DNA of 63,377 bases, the filler included, from Octopus bimaculoides (Eukaryota), in assembly GCF_001194135.2 (NCBI RefSeq). It is 8 parts of 8 records of this genome, joined end to end, with 100 filler letters (N's around TTAATTAATTAA, not from the genome) between each part and the next. Parts side by side here need not be neighbours in the genome. Positions count along the whole stretch, not along the records: positions 25,094 to 48,393 come from NC_068981.1; positions 48,494 to 52,119 come from NC_068991.1; 6 more parts are not named here. One strand, given 5' to 3'. Position 1 is the stretch's first letter. Every line of letters starts with the position of its first letter. Of this stretch, positions 38,401 to 52,119 are shown piece after piece. Both the position numbers and the translations under genes were made by a program. Below the pieces are notes generated by a model, which worked only from the letters and a program-made list of their open reading frames with translations, did not search any database and was not told where the DNA came from.

Positions 38401-41400
38401 GGATAAAGTTGGCGTGGCATGTAAGTGTCGTAGCAGCGTTAGCAGATACACAAAGATCTATGAATCAACATTTATAATTTGCTAATGATAAAGATTTATT
38501 TATTTATCTATTTATCTATCTGTTTATATATTACAATAGTAGATATATCTTTAAGGAAAATATGATGAAATTTGAGAAAAATTTGAAAGTCTTTCATTGG
38601 CTCAAATAACTTACCTTGTTTTGATAAAAGTAATCGATGGGAGCAGCTGAGAACATATCATGATTAGTGAATGTCTTGTAGTCTTGCCTTCTTAGGTTCA
38701 GTTCACACAAACAGTAGGAGGAGGACGCGGTTATGTGTATCGCAGACATAACTGTGCCATTAAGACGTTCGTTTCGTAACTGGTTTTATGTTTGATCCCA
38801 CTGTGTAGCTCTGGAAAATGTTTTCTATCATAACTTTAGGCAAACCAAAGATTTGAGACTGAAATTTAGTGTACTGAAACGGCATGGAAGCTCATCAGAG
38901 GGGGCTATTCTTGTTCTTGAGTGGTAGACTTAAATGTTCTCACAGCTTAACATCAGCACCTAACTACTGGACACCTTTAGTGGAGTCTTTTCTGTTGTAA
39001 GTATCGGGGTCAGATCTTCGGTTCCAGAATAGCTTTCTCTTTTCCTACCACCAATCTCGCTGGCTCAATAAATAGTCATAGGCAATGCATTTTCACCTCC
39101 GACTAAACGAAACACTTTTTTTTTTAAATGAATCAGGCAAGACTCGGTTTTACTAGATATACAATGCAACGCTGACGTATTTAGTTATGAGAAATACCAA
39201 CATTTGCAAACTAATAAATTTACTTTGGAAACTATAGATTTATGGCGACACATCTTCAAATGTTATCAAATTCAATATATACATTAACTGTAGTATGAAT
39301 TCTGTTTGATAAATTGAGCAACTTTTAATGTTGTGGACTATAGATGAAGAAGTAGGTTCTAGATGAATGAGCAGATTATCAAATTTAATGGGTATATTAA
39401 CTGAAATACAAGTTGAATTCAGAATATTAAGCAAATCCTTATCTGATCAAACTGTAGATGACGGATAAATTCAATACTATCTTATCTTTATATGTATACA
39501 GTCGGCACTGAAATGTTAAAACCAAACACAAACTAAACCAGATTTTATTTTATATCATTTTTTGCTATAAATTTGTTAAAAAAGACGAGAGCATTCATGG
39601 TCTACTTGCTTGGGGTTCCCGAGGTTTTTGGTGAAAAATAAGGCCAATGAACCATAACTAATGAGACATTTTAAAACTGGAGTTGGGACCAAACAGAGGA
39701 GCGGATTTTGTTAAAAGTACCCAAGAGCCGAGTGGTGGTGTTAAATTGGATGCCTGATTACGTCTATTTATGATATCATTTTTTTTTTCTTCTGACAGCA
39801 TTGAAGAAATATCGTGAAATGGAACCTTTATCAAATTATCCATTCCAACGATAGACTCCTCTATATGGTCTCTTCAACTGATACCTTACGGTCTGAAGTT
39901 GAAGAAGGATACTATGGATAAGGTAATCTAAGAAACAATGTCTGGATAAAAGAGTAGATGGTTGCAGTTGAAACTTTTGATCGTAGGCCTGTTCAATTAG
40001 AGTTGATCTGGAACTGATCAAAGGTTAAAGAGAACCAGATATCACCCACAACCAAGTATGGCTCGCTAACATGTACCATGCTTTCGTTAATTGCGTCAGG
40101 CGGCTATGTAATCACGAACAGTCACAGACACACGCTTGACTCTTACACCATTTGACTCTGCAGCACATTTAGGATGTAAAAGCTGGAGGGAAATTTAGTA
40201 ACACAAGCAGCTTTTTCTATACTAGGTCTTAGTCCAAAGCTGTTTAAGATATTTAGGAAAAGAGGCTCTGTTTTACTGAAGCATTGTTTTCTTTCTTCTT
40301 CCGGTAATGTAAGTTAGAGGCAAAACAGTGGTCTTATAAGAATTCATTACTGATGTCCTCGACTATACAAACCAAATCTCATTAAAACAGTTAATGTCTT
40401 AAAGATACTGATTTTTTTCCTCTCCAAGTTGTTTGGAGAGAAGTATATCATATTTTAGTCTTGTTTTTAGTCATACTGTTAACATGTAGTTAGAGTAGGC
40501 GAACATATTATTCACCTACTAAGTGCCCAGTACTGCGGAGCAGCTTTTTATTTTCTACTAATTTTATTATTCACTTGGGTAGCTCACGGTGCATTATTTC
40601 ATTATCACCTCACTACCGGCGTCTTCTTTATTTTGTGTTATAGAAAAACACTGTGTATTGTGCAGTATTGATTGTCTCATGCGTGTTATCACTTGTTTTC
40701 ATATTTTCTTTAGCAACATCGTCAATAATTTTTTTCAGCTCCAGTCAAAAATGGGTTTGTTGTTTGCAGATAATTTTTAGAACTTGGAAACGTTTTCCTT
40801 AAACTGCAATTGTGAATTGTTTTATTTATTCTGATTTTATTTTAATATTTCTCACCAAGTGAAAAATTGCCAATCTCCAGACAGAAACAAGGTTCTTTCA
40901 ATGGAATTTAGGCAACAATTAGTTATGACAACTCTGCCTATGAATTGCATTGTATTATGTTTAGACTATATCATGTATCATAGATAAATAGTATCGTGAT
41001 AACATTCTGGGACAGCTACTTATAATGTGAGTGATATCTTTGTGTTAATTCTACAATCTGCATGTTTGTTGCAGGTAGGTGTTTTACTTGCAATCCTATC
41101 TCTTTAGTGCATTGGATACTTTTGCTGTTCTTATTTCCTGTAACTGAACTGTAAAACTATACAACTTCAAATCAGAGATGACATACTGGTGCAATAAAGG
41201 TAACTCTTGTTGTTTATGTTACTATCATTAAATATTCCCGACAAAGTATGGCTTTCTGCTGACAATCAGAAAGTTTTTCATCCGATGTTGTAGTAGAGCT
41301 ATGCACCTTTTATGGACATGTACCCATCAGTATAAGTCAGAAAATCCTTTCCAATTCACATATTGCTATTTTGTTTATGCTGACAAACTTTATCCATGAA

Positions 41401-42536
41401 CTTACCTCGATGTAGGTTCTACAACAAACGCTGTCAAAAAGGTATGTGAATTTAAGGGCTGTTCTAATCCATGTTCCTTGTTTTTGTGTTAGGTAGCGGT
41501 AGTCAATATCCCTGCTGATGTGAAAATTTCCGGCGGTTGTTAATTGCTTTCACGTTTTAACATTAATGATTCGGATCTTATGTAGCGTTAAATCGAGTAG
41601 CTCAAGTGTTGGTAAGGTTACGGTACAGCAAACTCATTATAGAACACTGGTCTACCGTATGCAGAGTTCTGTCTGTATATATATTTTAATCTGGACGTAG
41701 TATTCTCTGGTTACGCGTTTCTTGTTATAAGTGCCACTTCAGGGTATGTTTTCGCCCATCGTTAGTTAGCAGTAAGCTTTTATTTTTTATTTAAATTCAC
41801 CAATTCATAAAAAGCTGAATTTTAGCCCAGAAACAAGGTTATTTCAGTAAAATTTAGACATAACTAGGTAATCACGAATTATGTAAATATATATTTAGAT
41901 CGTAGCAAGGCCGAATAAGTTCACTTTACATCGTAAGATCCTGGGTTGAGTCTCATTGCATGGAACTTTTGACAAATGACTTTTAAAATAACATCGAATT
42001 GCCCTAAGTCTTGTGAATGAAATTGGGTTGACAGAAACTGTGCGGAAACCCGTTAGCTAGACTGTAGAGGTAATTCGCAGGTACAGCTTTGTGTTACAGC
42101 AACTCACACTGACTTTACTTAAAGTTTACTTCAGAGTAAAGGAATCGGTGGAATACTCGACCACTTATACTAATTTATAAGATTAAAAGTTCAACTAATA
42201 GAATAACTCTTTATCGTAATCCACACAGTCCTATTTCGTTTTTTCTTTATTATATACGAATATGCACACATATGTATATGTCGCATGCATGCGCATTATT
42301 GCTAATGAATGTGTACATACATACATAAATCAATACATACACATAAACATAGTGTATGTATGCATACGCACGTTTGGATGTTTATATGCTTGAACAAATA
42401 TAAGCTTAACTTTTGAAATGTTATATATATATATGCATTTCTATTAAGGACGTGTAATTATAGTTGTAAGGTCCTAGATAGTCTTGTTCAAAGCCTAACT
42501 TCTCAAAGTTGGTACTGAGGCAGTTGGGTGCATGTG

Positions 42537-42600
<64 letters not shown>

Positions 42601-44882
42601 GAGAGTGTGTGTGTGTACGTACGTTTGTTCTTTTCTAATTACTAGAATTCTTCCTAGAAAAGAATGGTTTCTAACAAAGAACTGTTCTCTCACACTGGAA
42701 CTTGGATAACAAAATTGGTAATTGTTACATGCTGAGCTACAAAAAATATCTGCACATTTTTTATGCATGTAGTTCTCTCCCCCTCTCATTCTTCCCCCTT
42801 TCCCTGAACAAACGCACACACACATATTACTTTCAATCTTTTTTAGTTGTGAATCGTAATATCTTTTGCTTATTTCTTATAATCATTATTTCTATTTTAA
42901 TCTAGTTTTCCGTTTTATTAATTTTTCTTTCATTTTGTTTTTACCCTTTCAGAAAAAACAAGATGTAGCAGATGTAGGTAATAGGAAAAACCTAAATTGG
43001 CTACAGGAAACCCAATAGCAGAGAACTATCTATTAAATCCTAGATATTAATATCGAATTTTGAAATCTTTCATTCACTTCAATAGAAGCAACATCTGTAG
43101 TAATCATCGATCATGCATATAATCGAGTTACTTTTAAAACGACACTACTTCCAGATGACATCACCTTAATGTAAATGCTTAAACCAAAATATATGTGTTA
43201 AATGGTTCTTTTAAAATTCTCCACTATCAATATTTCATTCAGTATTCATAGATGTCAGCGCTATGTAATTTCAGAATAACTTTTTATTTAAAGCGACACG
43301 CGATATAATGCATGACATTGATCTGTACCTGGGTAACTGATGTATTAATTATTCCATCTGAGAATATCCATAGAGACTGTGTTAGGGTATATCCGTCATC
43401 CTCGTCAGCAAAGAGGGATTTTATAGGTTGAAAGAACATTAATTTCTTAGCATTTCCTTCCTTGTGCAATTAAATTAACTTTCTACCAAAAATTGTCATA
43501 CGCTGTTTGTATTTCCTTCCTCAATTCTACCTATATGGTCCTCGGCGGTTAATGTTCACCTTCTACTGCACATATATGCGCATGTTTGGGCAAGAGGTTT
43601 TTTGAGAAAAACTGGCTGCTGTCTTAGCAAGCAAATGCTCCAGGTCGATACATCAGCGCTGCTTTCAGAAAGCAGAGCCAGAAGAGGTACCGAAAGCTGT
43701 CTTGGCCGAAAGGAGAAAAAAATCGTGTTCACATCGGAAATGAGATCTCAGCAATCCTGTACGCAAGGCAAAATCGAAAAGAGAGAGATGCCGAGTAGAG
43801 TGGTCCGTAGAATGAAAATGGGCTGAGACAGGCGATTTGTTGCTGACTTAGATATTCCTAAGTTTTTGTGTGAATCGGTAGGCCACAACACACTCGATAT
43901 CAGAAATAAAGTGGTTATATTTTTATACAACCGAACAGTATCTCACTGGTTATGGCATATAATAGTCATCAATATTAAGGGTAATAGTCGGCGCGAAACC
44001 AACGGCAATATTCTCACTAGTCATGACATAACCAATAATATACTGCCAAACTATATATATATATATATATATATATATNNNNNNNNNNNNNNNNNNNNNN
44101 NNNNNNNNNNNNNNNNNNNNNNNNNNNNNNNNNNNNNNNNNNNNNNNNNNNNNNNNNNNNNNNNNNNNNNNNNNNNNNNNNNNNNNNNNNNNNNNNNNNN
44201 NNNNNNNNNNNNNNNNNNNNNNNNNNNNNNNNNNNNNNNNNNNNNNNNNNNNNNNNNNNNNNNNNNNNNNNNNNNNNNNNNNNNNNNNNNNNNNNNNNNN
44301 NNNNNNNNNNNNNNNNNNNNNNNNNNNNNNNNNNNNNNNNNNNNNNNNNNNNNNNNNNNNNNNNNNNNNNNNNNNNNNNNNNNNNNNNNNNNNNNNNNNN
44401 NNNNNNNNNNNNNNNNNNNNNNNNNNNNNNNNNNNNNNNNNNNNNNNNNNNNNNNNNNNNNNNNNNNNNNNNNNNNNNNNNNNNNNNNNNNNNNNNNNNN
44501 NNNNNNNNNNNNNNNNNNNNNNNNNNNNNNNNNNNNNNNNNNNNNNNNNNNNNNNNNNNNNNNNNNNNNNNNNNNNNNNNNNNNNNNNNNNNNNNNNNNN
44601 NNNNNNNNNNNNNNNNNNNNNNNNNNNNNNNNNNNNNNNNNNNNNNNNNNNNNNNNNNNNNNNNNNNNNNNNNNNNNNNNNNNNNNNNNNNNNNNNNNNN
44701 NNNNNNNNNNNNNNNNNNNNNNNNNNNNNNNNNNNNNNNNNNNNNNNNNNNNNNNNNNNNNNNNNNNNNNNNNNNNNNNNNNNNNNNNNNNNNNNNNNNN
44801 NNNNNNNNNNNNNNNNNNNNNNNNNNNNNNNNNNNNNNNNNNNNNNNNNNNNNNNNNNNNNNNNNNNNNNNNNNNNNNNNNN

Positions 44883-44922
<40 letters not shown>

Positions 44923-45731
44923 GTAACCATTATTGTGTCTAAAACGTTTTGAAGAGATCGATATTTTTCTTATTAGTTAGTAAATATAATCAACACGCAT
45001 ATTATAGCTCGCCGTTGTTCTCTATTGTAACTGAAATAAATATAATCGAAAAAAAAAAAATGAAAATCAAACTATTAACTTCATTTTAAATTATTACTGT
45101 TTTCGTAAGCTATCATTATTATTGATATTGATATCACTGATAAGTATTTTCTTATTATTCTTTTCATTTTCACTCAGAGACAATCGTAACTGAACATGTT
45201 GATAGATATGGCGTTATAATGACTGGATAATAGCCGAATGTGTATGCGTATGTGGGTCAACGAATTGTATCTTGACACTGGCATTGTGAAGTATCTCCAG
45301 CTATGACACTTAAATTTCGCTGACGTATTCACCTATTTTAAACAAGTTCAGCAGGAACTTGAAGCTCCCAGTAGTATGCAACAGGAGCATTTTTTTTACG
45401 AGTATTTCGTTAGCTACTTGTAGAGGGAGGGTAAGAGGAAGATATGACATCCAACAGGCTAGCCTACCATAAATATATTCCACGATGTCGTACTTTTCAT
45501 GGTGTGTTCCAATGATGTAATGTATTGTGGTACACACCACAAATAATTCCAATAAATTTGCAAAGTTTCATTAAAAATTTTAAAAAAGCAATCGGTCTTG
45601 AATTCTTCTCGAGCAGAACATGTAAAATGAGAAAACGACTTTGATTTTATATAAAATCTGATTAGATTCATAAATGTATGCATTTTGTAAAATATAAATA
45701 TTTACTATTCATAACATACTTTTTTCCCAAA

Positions 45732-45737
45732 TTTATT
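45732..45737 (-). terminator. Candidate polyadenylation signal (AATAAA) for the K2P transcript
   Basis: tttatt on + (AATAAA on -) about 165 nt past the stop. AATAAA is common in AT-rich DNA. Confidence 0.25.
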
Positions 45738-45902
45738 GTATTCATGCAATTTATATCATCATTCACCGCCACCATACCAATTGATGTAGTTATAAGAATT
45801 TCAAAATATAACACTTTATGTGGAAGTTGCGAGATCTTAAGCTGAAATGAGAATAATCTGAATATATCGAACACTTATTCTCTTATTTCATTATTCTCTC
45901 AT

Positions 45903-46582
45903 TTATCTCTTTGATTTTATAATGCCCAGCCTTCTCCCAAGTCTTGTGAAAGTTTCACGAACTTGATTCTGCATCAGTTCGAAACACATAGCAACTAGAG
46001 CCAGTCCAAAAAGTAAATAAACTGAGCAGATTATCTGCTTACTTTGGTTGTGCCATGAATCTAGACTTGAGCCTGGCACGAAATCACCAAAACCTATGGT
46101 ACTGAGAGTTATGAAACAAAAGTAAGAACCTTCCACGTAATTCCAATCTTTCTCCCACATTGTAAATAATAAAGTACCACAGAATATGTAACCAGTCATT
46201 ATTAAAAGAGTCACAACCACTGGTATATTTCTGGTTTCGTTTTCGGGAATTTCATCAATGGAATAAACCACTGTGTCTCTCGGAGTTACGTTACTGCCAT
46301 CTATAAAGGTGCTGTTAACTGATTCACTGTTTTCCATATTTAAGTTTCCTGACTGTACGTAAGTAGGAGCCATTTCGGATCGAATTGCTGGTGTTTTATT
46401 TTTTGTTTTTTTCTTTTTGCACCATTGACAGCAGAGCACTTGGTAGTAGAACACGCGGAAGCAACTGGCAAGCAGATTACCCAAATTCGCGAGACATAAT
46501 AGCGTTAGAGGTATACCGAACACCGCATACGCAATCGTAGCTAGACGTCCATAAACTGTTTTTGGTGCGATATGGCCATAAC
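45903..46582 (-). CDS. Terminal coding exon of a two-pore-domain potassium channel (K2P/KCNK, TWK/TRESK-like); 5' exons not seen
   Basis: Acceptor ttctccctctttttcttcag|GT at 46583/46582 (phase 1) opens (G)YGHIAPKTVYGRLATIAYAVFGIPLTLLCLANLG (P1 GYG + M2). A long loop follows, then IPVVVTLLIMTGYIFCGTLLFTMWE (M3), WNYVEGSYFCFITLSTIGFGDFVP (P2) and IICSVYLLFGLALVAMCFELMQ (M4), with TAA at 45905-45903. These are canonical K2P signatures. Confidence 0.95.
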
Positions 46583-46899
46583 CTGAAGAAAAAGAGGGAG
46601 AAAATCAATAGGAAATAAAATGTGATCAAGATTGGTTTCATATTATAGCACAGGGCCAGCATTTTGAAGAGGATGGGAAAGTTAGTTACATCGACCCAGT
46701 ACTTGACTGGTATTTATTTTATCGGCCCCGAAAAGATGAAAGATAAAATGTGTCCTAAATTAAAAAGAAATTGTGCAAGTCTTCAACAAAAAACACGATC
46801 TACCTGTATCTCTACATACCTAGATAGGCGCGCGCACGCACACACATACACACATGCACGCAAACACACACACACATACACACACTAACGTATGTTTGT

Positions 46900-47135
46900 A
46901 TGTGTGTTATTTCTTTACTACCCACAAGGGGCTACACACAGAGGGGACAAACAAGGACAGACAAACGGATTAAGTCGATAATACCGACCCCAGTGCGTAA
47001 CTGGTACTTATTTAATCGACCCCGAAAGGATGAAAGGCAAAGTCGACCTCGGCGGAATTTGAACTCAGAACGTAGCACAGACGAAATACCGCTAAGCATT
47101 TCGTCCGGCGTGCTAACTTTTCTGCCAGCTCGCCA
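46900..47135 (-). mobile_element. SINE family C, well-preserved copy in the intron upstream of the K2P exon
   Basis: The minus strand reads ggcgagctggcagaaagttagcacgccggacgaaatgcttagcgg...gagttcaaattccgccgaggtcgactttgcctttcatcc. A further fragment lies at 46655-46740. Confidence 0.85.
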
Positions 47136-47619
47136 CCTGTTTGTATGTGTGTGTGTATGAGAATGCGCATACCTTAGTGGCTTGGAGGCACGTGGATTAG
47201 TGGCTAGGTAGCACGTAGTTTAGTGGTTAGGGTATTCGACTTAAGATCGTAAGGTCATGAGTTCGATTCAAGGCGGTGTGTTATATCCTTGAGCAAGACA
47301 CTTTACTTTTCGTTGCTCTTGTCTCGATTTGAACTTGGTGATTTTGATAAGAGGCTTAGCGCCTCAAGTTGAAAGAACGATTGAATATATTTGCTGAACT
47401 TTTGTGAGATTTGATTGGTAAGAGGCTCTGTGCTTCAATTTGTAACTGTTGTAAGAGGTTTAACACCTCATTTGTGTTGTTTAAAAAAAACAATGTCATC
47501 GAGAAGTAACAATCGGCGGGCGTTGTTTGCTTCCCCCACCAACCATCTCTTTTTTCATTCCATCATCATCATTGTGTCTGTGTTCAGCCCGCAAGCTTCC
47601 ATCTGTATTATGCCTTTAT

Positions 47620-48003
47620 GGCAAATGTAAAGAAGCTTGCTTCCTAACGGCATGGTACCGAGTTCAGTCCCACTGCCTGGCACCTTGGTCAAGTGTCTTT
47701 TGTTATGGCCTCGGGCCGAACAAGGTCTTGTGAGTGGATTTGGTAGACGGGAACTGAAAGAAGCCCGTCGTATATAAATATGTATACAGCTATATGAGTA
47801 TGTGACTTTGTGACTGTGTTTGTCCTCCCACCACTGCTTGACAACCGGTGTCGAAGTGTTTGCGTCCCCGTAAACTAGTGGTACGGTGAAAACGTCCGAC
47901 ATAAGCACCAGACTTAAAAGATAAATCCCCGGGCCGATTCATTCGACTAAAAATTTCAAGTCGGTGCCCTAGCATGGCCGCAGTCTAATGACTGAAACAA
48001 CTA
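47620..48003 (+). mobile_element. SINE family A, full length
   Basis: gagttcagtcccactgcctggcaccttggtcaagtgtc ... catggccgcagtctaatgactgaaacaa. Confidence 0.8.
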
Positions 48004-48493
48004 AAATATAAAACATAAAACACGTATCCATGTTTGTATGTATGTGTATGCGCATGCGCGTGTGTGCGAGGGTGAGGAGGCAAGAGTAAATTTATGGGAG
48101 ACTGTGAAAAGATTATACAGTAATGTACAATGTAAGAAGATAATCTTTGAGGAAAGCAGCGTAGTTAAAAATATAACCAGCAATATTGCCGAATATGAAA
48201 AAGACATTTAAAAAATCTTTTCCTGAATTACTGAAACGAATAAATAAATGCTTGATATAGATTTTCATTCTTCCGGTTCATCGTTAAAATTATCTGGTTA
48301 AAAATTATTAAGCTAGCATTATCGACAATAAGAGATTTCTTATTAAAAAGAGTTACTCATAAAGAAAAGAAGAAAAAAAAGACTATTCATTTGNNNNNNN
48401 NNNNNNNNNNNNNNNNNNNNNNNNNNNNNNNNNNNNNTTAATTAATTAANNNNNNNNNNNNNNNNNNNNNNNNNNNNNNNNNNNNNNNNNNNN

Positions 48494-48559
<66 letters not shown>

Positions 48560-51559
48560 GTGTAAATGCACACATAGAAATATATGTAACTCCGAAATTT
48601 TTTAGTGTAGATGCATATGTATATGTAGTTAGGTTTGCATGCAGTACGAGTATGGAAATAAGCGAATTTTCTTGAAAGTTTGACTTGTCTCTGTTTATAA
48701 ATGTGTATTGTTATTTGTGTGACTTAGTATTATTGTATGTATATAAAAATAATACATATGGGTATGTATTACCTATGTATATATAATTGTAGTTACATAC
48801 ACACATGTGTAACTATGTGATAGATTTAGCTATTACTCACTCCATCAGCTTTTCCACTTTGAAAAGTTAATGTAATTATATTGAAAAGATGCCTTCTCTA
48901 TCTTCCGTCATAACGTTTACAATAATCATAATGAAAAACGTATTAATCAGGAAACGATTTATTGGCGATGACTACCTTTATTCAATGCTGTGTAATGGAT
49001 AGCAACATTGAACCACTAATGATATAACGTAATGATAAAACAATATGGTAAGCATTAATGAAATAATGACCTACGGAAAATAATATGGTGAAATTTTATT
49101 TATTCGCGTTTCCTATATATTCCGCTATGAATTGAAATGTCGTTGCCTTGTACCTACGTAAATGCTAAGTACCTTTCTTCAAAATGACAGACAATGGACT
49201 TTGTATCTACTTTGCATTCTGTTTATTGTGGTATTGTCTTTCTTAAGCTAATGCGTGGTTCCGTTATTATCCAAAGTGTAAAAACTGTTGTAAATATAAG
49301 AATTCTGCTTCACAATACATTTGCAGGGAATAATTATTTATGTTACTATTTCTTGGACTTTACTCTACATAAAGCTGGATTATGAATATGCTGCTAAGGT
49401 GAGCACAGGGTGATATTCTGTTGGGATATAGCCTCCCTACATGATTGAATAAGCTAAGGAAATCCAACCTGATTTCTTGCTTCTATTAATATTGTTAATG
49501 ATGCTATGTACTTTTCTTTTTCATTTGGCGGTATTGCATTTCCAAATACCAGATTTAATTAAGATTACAGTTTATTCTAATTAAAATCTTCCTCAAAAAA
49601 TAGTGTAATTATAAAATTTAATAGAGAAAATTTGATGCAGGCTTGCCTTCGTTAATGAATAGAACATAACTCGAGAATTATGCTTTCGTTTTTTGAGATT
49701 GTGACGAAATTACCAGCGTGGATCAGAAACATGCGAAGATTTGCAATTTGCTAATTAAAGTGTTCACGTTGCATAAGAGAAGAAAATGGTATCGTGTCAC
49801 TGGGTACTTTAGAGGTTTAACGCAATAAACATCTAAAGCACTGATTGCTAACTTTGACAGAAAATCCTAGGTACATATGTAATGCTAGAGGTATTGATGA
49901 TACATATATTGTAGGTAATGCCAATGGTGTTTGAAAGCGAAGATTCCAGTGATAGACCTGATAAGGTAGGTGAATTTTGGTGTATAAGTATTATGCATGT
50001 ACTACGTGTGTATGTATGTATGTATGTATGTATGTATGTATGCATGTATGCATGTATATGCGTGTATGTACGTACGTAAGTGTGTATGTATGCTCCTATA
50101 TATGTATGTATGCATGTCTCTTCAGCTTTTAATCATTTAAATACTTCCTCTGAAGAAAGAACTGGTTTCTAACAAAGATACAAAACTCTATCTTTGGACT
50201 GTAGATAACGAAAACAATGTCATAACTTCTGATGCCTATATTAAGTGCTACTCAACATCACTTATTTTTTTTTATATATTTCAGCTGACCCTCAGCGCAC
50301 CCTAATTGTTACCTAGATACCTAATTATGTTCACGAACATACCCCTTCTTTTCAAAGTATGGATTAATCCAAATTGAGATTTAACTAACCAGTAACCTTC
50401 GCAAACTTGATGCCATCATTTCCCTCCCTAAATTTTAAAATTGTACCGCAATGAAGGATTTCCTTCAAAGTCTCTGTTTTTTTGTTTAATATTTCTGAGC
50501 ACTACATTTCAGTGAACGTCTCAGAAAATATTTAATCCTTCATAATTACAAGTAACCGTATAAGATTAGCAGTAAATAACACAATCGTACGCCATAATAT
50601 ATCTTCCCTGCATCCCTTATTATTCTTACAACAATGCAACTTATTTACTTGATTATCAAAATATTTGCAACCATTTATATCGTGGCACATTTATTTATAA
50701 AATCAATTTCCTTCAAAGTAATAAACTGGATGTTTTAATATTGGCATACACACGCCCAGTCCTAATTTTACAATTAACATAGAAAACCTACACACCCATT
50801 TCCGTTATGAATTTACTATCATCTCCCTATAATTGGATAAAACTCAATTATCTGGTTGATTAAAATTATCACAAATTCGAACCCTATGATGCCTTTTATT
50901 AAAGAAACAACATACTCAATATCGCTCCTTCAGTATATTATTATTGTATCCTTTGTAGATTAACTAAATATCAGGTTTAGTAATTTCGTATGTACTTCAC
51001 ATCAATTCTTTGAACTCCTTTCTTCCATTACATATTTCTCCAGGAAAAATACACTTCTTACTCCTTAACTTCGGCCATGCTGGAGCCACTCCACACTTAA
51101 TGAGTTTACTTAGCCAAATCGCTGAAGTCCTTAATTATAAGTTTGCTATTAGTGCTATTGTTCTCTTTTCTCTAGATTACTATATTACGAGGACATAAAG
51201 AAGCAAACACAAGCACAAAGACACGCTTACACATACATGACGGGCTTCCATACAGTTTCTGTTCTCCAAACCCCATCTCAGTAGTGGTCCGTTCGACGCA
51301 AAAGCAAAAGAGACCCATTGAACGGCGCACTAGAACTAAACTGGTTGATTTTAACTTGCAAGCGAATTTCTAAACCACACCGTTATGCCTGGTTCTTGAA
51401 ATGTTTAAAATCTCAACATTTTTGATTTCACAGAAAGCTAAAGATATATTCAGCTCACAAATGAAAATATTACGTAATTCACAGATCGCCCATGATTATT
51501 TTAAAACTAAACACATTTTCTCTCCCAACGTTTTCGTCTACGTTTTGTTGACAGATATA

Positions 51560-51643
<84 letters not shown>

Positions 51644-51689
51644 CATATATATGTATACATATACATATATATATACATCAGACTCCATG

Positions 51690-51890
51690 ATTAATCGCTG
51701 ACCAAACCATTCAATTTTTTTCCCCCGTGTTTTTCTCCTTGTTTTCTCCTTATTCTTTCTGTTGAAGAGCGTAGCTCGAAACGTTAAAGATTTTCTGTAT
51801 TCCCGAGCGTTAAACTAATATATCCTTTTGTTGTTTACTCCACCTGTCCTTGTCTGGTGTTGTTTTTTTCGTAAATTTCCCCATATATAT
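51690..51890 (+). mobile_element. Probable Penelope-like terminal repeat fragment
   Basis: ttgaagagcgtagctcgaaacgttaaaga resembles the GAAGA...CGAAACG motif of PLE termini. Similar tail-like pieces occur at ~14890-14970, ~19310-19395 and ~33040-33125 (-). Family assignment from memory. Confidence 0.45.
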
Positions 51891-52036
51891 ATATTCGTCA
51901 ATTTCTTGAAAATAGGGGCATAACCCCGAAATATTGAATACAAGGTAAGTCTACATTAATTGACATATTTCTTTTCTTGTGGTTTACCTTGCATTTACTT
52001 TGCATTGCTTTGGCTTTATCCACGACCCTTTATACA

Positions 52037-52067
<31 letters not shown>

Positions 52068-52080
52068 AACACACACACGC

Positions 52081-52119
<39 letters not shown>

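Noticed and set aside
43560-43900. GC-richer segment with several short open frames downstream of the K2P gene
   Set aside because: No recognisable motif or consistent splice signals in any frame.
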